From Candidatus Acidiferrales bacterium (GTDB taxonomy: Bacteria; Acidobacteriota; Terriglobia; Acidiferrales; UBA7541), in contig JBEKTG010000001.1 of the NCBI GenBank assembly GCA_049516275.1, positions 1 to 33,771 of the forward strand: 33,771 nt of DNA. The letters are read 5' to 3'. The notes below the pieces were generated by a model, which was not told the DNA's origin, did not search any database, and worked only from the letters and a program-made list of their open reading frames with translations. Every line of letters begins with the position of its first letter. Position 1 is the first letter of the stretch. Below, piece after piece: positions 22,701-28,187 of this stretch. Both the position numbers and the translations under genes were made by a program.

Positions 22701-25563
22701 TACGGCTCCCGCCAGTGTTGCGAACAGCCAGACAATCAACGTAACGGCGACCAGTGTTGCAAACTCGTCTCTATCCGGCACGGCAACCGTTTCTCTGGTT
22801 TCCGGTGTAGCTGCTACTACGAGCTTCGTTGGATTCGATACGGTCACCCAAGGCAGTTGGCACGGAGTCTATGGAGGTGATGGGTATTCCGTGGCCGGCG
22901 ACTCGCAGAGTATTCCCTCCTACGCTACGCTTGCCGTTCAAAACCAGTCGAACTATACCTGGGCTTCCAGCACGACCGATCCACGCGCTCTGCAAACCGG
23001 CAGCAACTCGGGAAGAATCGCAGCGACCTGGTACAGCTATACAACCTTCAATTTCGACGTCAATCTCGGGGACGGAAACACTCATAGGGTTGCGCTCTAT
23101 GCCTTGGATTGGGATAACTATGGCGGAGGCAGGGCGGAGCAAATTCAGATTGTCGACGCGACCACCGGCAGCGTGCTCGATACCCGCAACATTTCGAGTT
23201 TCACGCAAGGGGTTTATCTTGTTTGGAACATTTCCGGCCACGTCAAAATCAACGTCATGTTGACGGGCGGCGGGAACGCGGTCGTCAGCGGAGTTTTCTT
23301 CGGCGGCAGTGGCGTCACTCAAAGCGCGCCGACGATTACGTGGGCGGCTCCTGCTGCCCTCACTTACGGGACCACGCTCGGCGGCACGCAGCTTGATGCG
23401 GCGGCCAGTTTCAACAACGCTGCGGTGCCGGGCAGTTTTGTCTACACGCCCGCAGCCGGCACGGTACTAACGGCTGGAAGCCACACGCTGTCGGCGACCT
23501 TCACTCCCACCGATACGATTCATTACACAACGGCCACAGCCACGGCCAGTATCATCGTCAATCAGGCTACGCCTGCCATCGCCTGGGCGGCACCTGCTGC
23601 CATCACTTACGGTACGGCGCTCAGCAGCACACAACTCGATGCGTCGGCTAGTTTCAACAACGCAACGGTGCCGGGCAACTTTGCTTATACGCCGGCATCC
23701 GGCACGATTCTCGGGGTGGGGAGCCAGACTCTTTCCGTCCTGTTCACGCCTACGGATACGACCGACTACAAGGCGGCGAGTTCTTCGGTCACGCTGGTAG
23801 TCACCAATCAAAACATCCCGGCCATTAATTGGCCAGCTTCCGCGGCCGTCACGTACGGCACCCCGCTCGGCGTCACGCAACTCGATGCGACGGCCAGTTT
23901 CAACGGCGCAACGGTGCCGGGCAGCTCTGTCTACACGCCCGCGGTCGGCACATTGCTGACGGCTGGAAGCCACACGCTGTCGGTGACATTCACTCCCACC
24001 GATACCACTCACTACGCGACGGTGACGGCTACGGTCGGCATAACCGTGAATCAAGCCGCGCCCACTATCACCTGGGCGACACCTTCGTCCATCTCCTATG
24101 GCACGGCACTCAGCAGCACCCAGCTGGATGCGTCGGCTAGTTTCAACAGCTCAACGGTGCCCGGCAATTTTGCCTATACGCCGCTGGCCGGCACGATTCT
24201 CTCGGGAGGAAACCAAACTCTGTCGGTCACTTTCACTCCTACGGATATGACGGACTACAAGGGGGCGACGGCCGCGGTCACGATTGTAGTTACGACTTCG
24301 GGCACGCCGTCGAGCCAGGCTACCTTCGTTGGCGCTGATACGGTCACGCAAGGCAATTGGCACGGCGTCTATGGAGGAGACGGCTATTCAGTAGCCGGGG
24401 ACTCACAGAGTATTCCGTCTTATGCGGCTTTCTCCATCCAAAATCAGTCGAACTATACATGGTCTTCCACCACGACCGATCCGCGGGCTCTGCAAACCGG
24501 CAGCAACCTGGGAAGAATCGCGGCAACCTGGTTTAACGGCGCAGCTTTCAACTTCAATATCAATCTGACTGACGGCAACACCCATCAGGTTGCGCTCTAT
24601 GCTCTGGACTGGGATAACTATGGCGGAGGAAGAGCGGAGCAAATTCAGATAGTCGACGCGGCGAGCAGCACCGTGCTCGATACCCGCACGATTTCCAGCT
24701 TCACTCAGGGCATTTATCTGGTTTGGGACATTTCCGGCAACGTCAAAATCAACATCACACTCACGGGCGGTGGCAACGCGGTTATCAGCGGTGTATTTTT
24801 GGGAAGCACCGCCATTGGAGTCGGCGTGAATCCGCCGAGCGTCACCCTCGCTGGCGGGCAAGCGCAGCAGTTCACAGCCCAAGTGACAGGCACTTCGAAT
24901 AAAACCGTGACGTGGTCCATCAGCCCGGCATCGGGAAGCATTTCGGCCACCGGCCAATACGCGGCTCCCGCGACAATCTCGAACGCCCAGACGGTGACCG
25001 TAACCGCCACGAGCGCCGCGAGCGGCACCGCTTTTGGCACAGCAACGGTCCAGTTGAGCACCGCCGCAGGCGCCATCGCGAGCTTCACGGGCTTCGACAC
25101 GGCTACTCAAGGCAACTGGAAAGGAGTCTACGGAGCGGACGGATACTCCATCGCCAACAGTTCCCAGAGTCTCCCCGCCTATGCTTCGGCGTTTGCGGCG
25201 CAGAATCAGTCGAACTATACCTGGGCTTCCGGCACCATCGATCCGCGGGCCCTGCAAACCGGCAGCGGCTCGGGAAGAATTGCGGCGACGTGGTTCAGCG
25301 GCACGACATTCAATTTTCTTCTCAATCTCACTGACGGAAACACGCATCGGGTCGCGGTATATGCCCTGGATTGGGACAACTACGGCCGATCGGAAACCAT
25401 TCAGGTTCTCGACGCCGCGACGAACGCCGTCCTGGACAGCCGCAGCATTTCCGCCTTCACGCAGGGAGTCTATCTGGTTTGGAATATTTCCGGCAACGTC
25501 AAGATCAACGTAACGACAACCGGCGGCCTGAATTCGGTGGTCAGCGGAGTGTTTTTCAAATAA
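19702..25563 (+). CDS. Giant secreted multidomain protein 2 (about 1953 aa). Order: signal peptide, GH32/43-clan-like propeller plus beta-sandwich, CHB_HEX_C-like, Ig-like, LamG, Big_2, A, 4x MBG, A, Big_2, A
   Basis: The frame is open from GTG 19342, but ATG 19702 (GGAG 14 nt upstream) starts a canonical signal peptide MSDPFRVLRGGWLCILLMMGAANLNA/QSGG. Domain order was read from the translation. The protein ends with an A-module copy (NSVVSGVFFK-stop). Confidence 0.93.
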   Translation: MSDPFRVLRGGWLCILLMMGAANLNAQSGGQVLYNGIALPQQWPPVGGPSQNYNVPSYITNPPAVIPINTGRQLFVDDFLIQSTTLTRTQHQPLMYPGNPILTPGSSDTTGNAFPYSDGVWFDPATDQFRMWFYCGAGNMVCYAYSTDGKSWIKPALANAVTPNTDQVLEISPARDSGTVWMDLADPNPARKFKAFIFNGYGIVVYFSPDGISWTQQSQSQYPVGVIDDRTTLFWNPFRNVWVDSIKNYLPLPASGSRPGYTSRVRYYAESPDLTTWTPADFTDSFWTGPDVNDPPYVTGGLYPQLYNLDAVAYESVIVGLFSWYYPGPAYPSDDPSGLPGPALVELGAGFSRDGFQWVRPTRGSGPSNAFIPASNLSGTWNMGDTQSAGGGFLVVGDELWFYFSGRNGPHGVSTVGATGLATLRRDGFYSMDAGSTQAELTTRPVQFAGNYMFVNVNDPSGQLLVEVTDTSGNVIAPYSKANCVPLSVNKTLQQVNWNGATDLSSLAGQSVRFNFYLTSGSLYSFWVTSSLSGASNGYVAANGPGFTGPTDNQGSAAYPTTVATPEIIPAGALFNNSTTVTLYTGTAGATINYTLDGSPPTALSPVYTAPFSLTASATVKAVASAAHMTTSATASAAFTRNNTPPTISLTSPANGQSLFGAITLSASASDVLGIASVQFLVDGVSVGTVASAPYTLAFDTATLANTTHQITAVAVDTAGNPATSSPVTVTFNNVVSGPTSGLVGYWSFDSAYTIGSTVFDQSGNSGNATAYSTTSVPGEVGQALQFNGSSSYAQVVTGSQAYDLLSNLSLSLWVQTTNASRDEALVSKYSAAGSGYGYLLRTTPAGTAELLVGGANVISGPEVATDVTKINDGNWHHLAVVIQLGTSVTFYVDGVLSSIVTMNSGAGAAATWFQMGLNPWSPFGTFFTGSMDEVRVYNRALSASDVLALAGPVVVSPRSATLVQGQTQQFTAIVKGVTNQSVNWSMSGTTGSVSSAGLYTAPASVANSQTINVTATSVANSSLSGTATVSLVSGVAATTSFVGFDTVTQGSWHGVYGGDGYSVAGDSQSIPSYATLAVQNQSNYTWASSTTDPRALQTGSNSGRIAATWYSYTTFNFDVNLGDGNTHRVALYALDWDNYGGGRAEQIQIVDATTGSVLDTRNISSFTQGVYLVWNISGHVKINVMLTGGGNAVVSGVFFGGSGVTQSAPTITWAAPAALTYGTTLGGTQLDAAASFNNAAVPGSFVYTPAAGTVLTAGSHTLSATFTPTDTIHYTTATATASIIVNQATPAIAWAAPAAITYGTALSSTQLDASASFNNATVPGNFAYTPASGTILGVGSQTLSVLFTPTDTTDYKAASSSVTLVVTNQNIPAINWPASAAVTYGTPLGVTQLDATASFNGATVPGSSVYTPAVGTLLTAGSHTLSVTFTPTDTTHYATVTATVGITVNQAAPTITWATPSSISYGTALSSTQLDASASFNSSTVPGNFAYTPLAGTILSGGNQTLSVTFTPTDMTDYKGATAAVTIVVTTSGTPSSQATFVGADTVTQGNWHGVYGGDGYSVAGDSQSIPSYAAFSIQNQSNYTWSSTTTDPRALQTGSNLGRIAATWFNGAAFNFNINLTDGNTHQVALYALDWDNYGGGRAEQIQIVDAASSTVLDTRTISSFTQGIYLVWDISGNVKINITLTGGGNAVISGVFLGSTAIGVGVNPPSVTLAGGQAQQFTAQVTGTSNKTVTWSISPASGSISATGQYAAPATISNAQTVTVTATSAASGTAFGTATVQLSTAAGAIASFTGFDTATQGNWKGVYGADGYSIANSSQSLPAYASAFAAQNQSNYTWASGTIDPRALQTGSGSGRIAATWFSGTTFNFLLNLTDGNTHRVAVYALDWDNYGRSETIQVLDAATNAVLDSRSISAFTQGVYLVWNISGNVKINVTTTGGLNSVVSGVFFK
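19786..21288 (+). other. Domain: five-bladed-propeller glycoside-hydrolase-like head plus C-terminal beta-sandwich (GH32/43/68-clan-like, family not assigned)
   Basis: GRQLFVDDFLI...GNPILTPG...SDGVWFDPATDQFRMWFYCG...YAYSTDGKSWIKP...GIVVYFSPDGISWTQ...DELWFYFSG...ATLRRDGFYSMDAG...LLVEVTDTSGNVIAPYS...LAGQSVRFNFYLTSGSLYSFWV. This resembles GH32-type propeller plus jelly-roll proteins. Confidence 0.65.
21391..21621 (+). other. Domain: chitobiase/beta-hexosaminidase C-terminal-like (CHB_HEX_C_1-like) Ig fold
   Basis: ATPEIIPAGALFNNSTTVTLYTGTAGATINYTLDGSPPTALSPVYTAPFSLTASATVKAVA. Confidence 0.65.
21904..22557 (+). other. Domain: LamG / concanavalin-A-like lectin (Laminin_G_3-like)
   Basis: GLVGYWSFDS...VFDQSGNSGNATAY...GQALQFNGSSSYAQV...LSLSLWV...NDGNWHHLAVV...VTFYVDGVL...FTGSMDEVRVYNRALSASDV. 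Confidence 0.8.
22558..22809 (+). repeat. Big_2-like domain
   Basis: PVVVSPRSATLVQGQTQQFTAIVKGVTNQSVNWSMSGTTGSVSSAGLYTAPASVANSQTINVTATS. Confidence 0.8.
22810..23304 (+). repeat. A-module copy 5 (165 aa)
   Basis: AATTSFVGFDTVTQGSWHGVYGGDGYS...QSNYTWASSTTDPRALQ...RIAATWYSYTTFNFDVNLGDGNTHRVALYALDWDNYGGGRAE...GVYLVWNISGHVKINV...GNAVVSGVFFG. Confidence 0.9.
23326..24300 (+). repeat. Four tandem MBG/YG-type Ig-like repeats (80-82 aa each) in an A-B-A-B pattern
   Basis: Unit boundaries are 23326-23565, 23566-23811, 23812-24054 and 24055-24300. Units 1 and 3 share ...AGSHTLS.TFTPTDT.HY.T.TAT..I.VNQ. Units 2 and 4 share ...YGTALSSTQLDASASFN..TVPGNFAYTP..GTIL..G.QTLSV.FTPTD.TDYK. Confidence 0.85.
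24310..24804 (+). repeat. A-module copy 6 (165 aa)
   Basis: SSQATFVGADTVTQGNWHGVYGGDGYS...QSNYTWSSTTTDPRALQ...RIAATWFNGAAFNFNINLTDGNTHQVALYALDWDNYGGGRAE...GIYLVWDISGNVKINI...GNAVISGVFLG. Confidence 0.9.
24814..25068 (+). repeat. Big_2-like domain
   Basis: IGVGVNPPSVTLAGGQAQQFTAQVTGTSNKTVTWSISPASGSISATGQYAAPATISNAQTVTVTATS. Confidence 0.8.
25069..25560 (+). repeat. A-module copy 7 (164 aa); forms the C-terminus of giant protein 2
   Basis: GAIASFTGFDTATQGNWKGVYGADGYS...QSNYTWASGTIDPRALQ...RIAATWFSGTTFNFLLNLTDGNTHRVAVYALDWDNYGRSE...GVYLVWNISGNVKINV...LNSVVSGVFFK-stop. Confidence 0.9.
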
Positions 25564-27387
25564 CTATGGACCGAAAGCCAGGAGTACGTTTCCGGGGACG
25601 CTTGCTCCAACGACGTAACCTGAACCCACGAAAAGCATTCCACCGGCGACGACTGGGCCCGGGCCTGCCATGGAACCTCCTTTTGCCGCGACACCATTCA
25701 CCGTCTTGAATTCGCGCACCGTGTCATATTCCCAAATGCGCTGGCCATTCTTGGTGGAGTAGGCACGCAGGATGCCGTCCCATCCCCCGGAGAATATGAC
25801 CGCTGGAATACCGGTAACGGCTGCGGTCTGTCCTCTTACATGGGTGGAATTATGATCGTCGTCCTCAGTTGCAAACCACTTTTTGCTGCCCGTCGCGAGG
25901 TTTATGGCGGCGACTCCTCCATCTTTTAGACCAAAATAGGCGGCTTGGTCATCCGCGGCGCCGCCGAATGTGATTTCCCCGGGCGCCAGGGTGTCCGAAA
26001 GTTGAGTCTTCCAGACGACAGCGCCCATCCGGCTGGCGTCGTGTGCCCAAACAACCCCGCTTTTCTGACCGGCAATCAGAATCCTGCGTCCATCCGGCAG
26101 CACTTTCAAAATCGGGGAGGAGCCGAAGTCAAAGTCGGGACCCAATTTTGCCGGACAGTTTCCACTGGCGTATCCAGGACGGCAGGCATATAGCCAGACA
26201 TCACCTCCAGTATCTTGCACCGACCAGATGACTTTCCCGGTGTACATGTCGAGGGCCATGACGGCATCGATGGTATTGGGCGCCGGTTCGGTATAGGAAT
26301 CTCCGGTGCCGATATAAATGGCGTGAGCCTGGGCGTCGACCGTGGGGGAATCCCAGACTCCTCCGCCGGCGGGTGCCCAGCGCTGTGCTCCATTCGGAGT
26401 TTTGCCGGCGAGTTTGGGCTGATCGGGTATTACATAGGTCTTCCAGATTTGCTTGCCCGTGCCGGCGTCAAGGGCGGCGACGCTGCCTCGAAAGGTGCAA
26501 CAGGGGTAGTTTACGCCAAGGCCGGCCACCCATTCTTCGATCGAGGCAACCGGTACATATAAACGATCGCGATATAACGCCGGTGAGCCGGTGATTCGCG
26601 CGACGGGATTGTCCTCGATTTTTACCTTCCAGAGCAGCTTGCCGCTGCGAGCATCGAGTTTGTACAAGTTCGCTTTGATGTCACCGAAATAAACAGCAAA
26701 TTTTGAAAGGTCTTTGCCCTTGACCGGAGCGATGCTGATCGCGTTGCGCACTCCAGCATCCGCTTCAAACGACCAATACACGCAGCCCGTTCTTGCATCG
26801 AGCGAATACACCATCCCGGTATCGACACCAATGAAGACGCGGCCGGCCCAGACGCTCGGCTGCCCGTACACCGCTTCGACATCGGGAAAGCCGAAGGCCC
26901 ATTTAAGCTTCAGTTGCGGAACCTGATCCGGGAGTAACCCCGCGGCTCGTGCCGGTTGAAACCGCGAGTTCGCCGTGTCGGCACCCCAGCCGCTCCACTC
27001 CGGATCGAATTGGCCGGATCGCAGAGCGGGATTGCTTGTGCATCGATTCGCTCCAGGTGTGGCGCTCGCTCCTTTGGCCAGCCTCACCTTACGGCCCCCC
27101 AGGTACTCGGCAATCGAAAGCTTTTCATTTTCGGGAATGTTTTGAATCGACGTGTGCGCCGGGAGCTTCGCGATAGCGCTATAAACCGCCTCTGGTGACA
27201 TTTTCAGAAGTTGCAGATCGTCGGGGATATTGTTCCGGCGGCTCGAATTCTCATGGCAGGTGGCGCAGTGCCGCTCGTACAGACGCAGGTTGGGCGCCAG
27301 TTGACCGAATGCAGGGGCGGTGAAGGAAAGCAGTATCAGAGCCACCGTCACCAAGGACGAAAGAAGGGCTCCCGTCACGCGAGGCAT
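25564..27387 (-). CDS. Quinohemoprotein-type dehydrogenase: N-terminal cytochrome c domain plus PQQ-repeat beta-propeller (polyvinyl-alcohol-dehydrogenase-like arrangement)
   Basis: Signal peptide MPRVTGALLSSLVTVALILLSFTAPAFG, then the heme c motif CATCH. PQQ-type repeats LDARTGCVYWSF, LDARSGKLLWKV, LDAGTGKQIWKT, LDMYTGKVIWSV, INLATGSKKWFA and YSTKNGQRIWEY. A vicinal Cys pair NYPCCTFRG resembles the Cys-Cys ring of quinoprotein alcohol dehydrogenases. The track start is TTG 27405 and the first ATG is 27387. Confidence 0.85.
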   Translation of the reverse strand: MPRVTGALLSSLVTVALILLSFTAPAFGQLAPNLRLYERHCATCHENSSRRNNIPDDLQLLKMSPEAVYSAIAKLPAHTSIQNIPENEKLSIAEYLGGRKVRLAKGASATPGANRCTSNPALRSGQFDPEWSGWGADTANSRFQPARAAGLLPDQVPQLKLKWAFGFPDVEAVYGQPSVWAGRVFIGVDTGMVYSLDARTGCVYWSFEADAGVRNAISIAPVKGKDLSKFAVYFGDIKANLYKLDARSGKLLWKVKIEDNPVARITGSPALYRDRLYVPVASIEEWVAGLGVNYPCCTFRGSVAALDAGTGKQIWKTYVIPDQPKLAGKTPNGAQRWAPAGGGVWDSPTVDAQAHAIYIGTGDSYTEPAPNTIDAVMALDMYTGKVIWSVQDTGGDVWLYACRPGYASGNCPAKLGPDFDFGSSPILKVLPDGRRILIAGQKSGVVWAHDASRMGAVVWKTQLSDTLAPGEITFGGAADDQAAYFGLKDGGVAAINLATGSKKWFATEDDDHNSTHVRGQTAAVTGIPAVIFSGGWDGILRAYSTKNGQRIWEYDTVREFKTVNGVAAKGGSMAGPGPVVAGGMLFVGSGYVVGASVPGNVLLAFGP

Positions 27388-27413
27388 CTGCGCCGGGGTA
27401 TCCAAGGCGCGGC

Positions 27414-28187
27414 TCAGGACTTATGAACGCAATAGAAACGCTCGCGCTCGTAGCTTTGCTGACTTTCCAGATTTGCGATGCGGAGAACGCCCGCCACCCT
27501 TGGGGTTGGGCATCGGTTCGCGACGCTGCGATGCACGGCATTCCCGCTCATGATGCAGCAGTCGCCCAGTTCGACATCGAGGATTTCTTCCCGGGCTTCT
27601 TCGCCAGCCTCCAGTTTCGACTGCATCTGTTTGAAGAAGCCGTTTTTCAGGAAGGTCTCCGTTTCGCGTATGCCAGCTTGATGAGAACCGGGTATAACGC
27701 TGATGGTTCCTGTCATTTGGGTTGTGCTGCGATTGACGGGAAACCAGAGCGTCAGGAAATTCTGGCACCAGGGATAATATGCCCCGTCCTGATGCCACGT
27801 GTAGTCGAATCGCTCGTCGGACGGCAGCTGTATGATGAGGTACATCGGCATCATATGTAAGTTGGCTTTTTCGAAACCAGTCGCGGAGCAGATGGCGTCA
27901 AAAATCCGCGACGAGCCGAGCAGTTGGCAGGCAGCGGCGCTGGAGCCCATCGCTTGGGCGGCCTTATAGACCAGACTGTGGTCTTGGCTCTCACGTTTCA
28001 GGATCAGTTCCTCGATCGTGGCGTTCTCGGCGCAGCCAGTCGGAGTGCCCTGTTCAAGCACGGCGCGGAGACAATCAGCGAGCAAGCTCAGATTCTCTGC
28101 GCTGAAAACCTTCTTCGCGAAAACATAGCCTTCGCGAGAATAGCAATCGCGCAGGGTTTCATGCTGGGTGACCAAGTTTTCCCCCAA
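27414..28187 (-). CDS. Phytanoyl-CoA dioxygenase (PhyH)-family Fe(II)/2-oxoglutarate-dependent oxygenase
   Basis: 257 aa. N-terminal YSREGYVFAKKVFSAENLSLL, the HxD facial-triad motif in DYTWHQDGAYYP, and a distal His in GNAVHRS. TTG start (28187 or 28175) overlaps the upstream methyltransferase stop by 17-29 nt. Confidence 0.82.
   Translation of the reverse strand: MGENLVTQHETLRDCYSREGYVFAKKVFSAENLSLLADCLRAVLEQGTPTGCAENATIEELILKRESQDHSLVYKAAQAMGSSAAACQLLGSSRIFDAICSATGFEKANLHMMPMYLIIQLPSDERFDYTWHQDGAYYPWCQNFLTLWFPVNRSTTQMTGTISVIPGSHQAGIRETETFLKNGFFKQMQSKLEAGEEAREEILDVELGDCCIMSGNAVHRSVANRCPTPRVAGVLRIANLESQQSYERERFYCVHKS

Noticed and set aside
23326-24300. Regular tandem repeats that might suggest a CRISPR or satellite array
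   Set aside because: The period is about 243 bp, the repeats are in-frame in a continuous ORF and encode Ig-like (MBG/YG) domains, and there is no short-repeat/unique-spacer organisation. No cas genes are in the window.
13329-25347. Long antisense ORFs inside the giant genes (13329-13979, 14877-16073, 16194-16901, 18156-19361, 19939-21363, 22771-23322, 23467-24054, 24403-25347, all minus strand)
   Set aside because: High-GC coding DNA with biased third positions leaves the antisense frames stop-poor. Their products are Arg/Gly/Pro-rich, repeat the periodicity of the sense-strand modules and show no domain signatures.
16233-25560. Conserved N-x-S/T sequons in every A module (NYT, NLT, N[IV]S), several in a D-x-N-x-T context (FDVNLTD), as possible N-glycosylation sites
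   Set aside because: The modules are Asn/Ser/Thr-rich beta structures where such triplets arise easily. The acidic -2 residue is lost in three of the seven copies, and no oligosaccharyltransferase or NGT gene is in the window. This is noted only as a curiosity.
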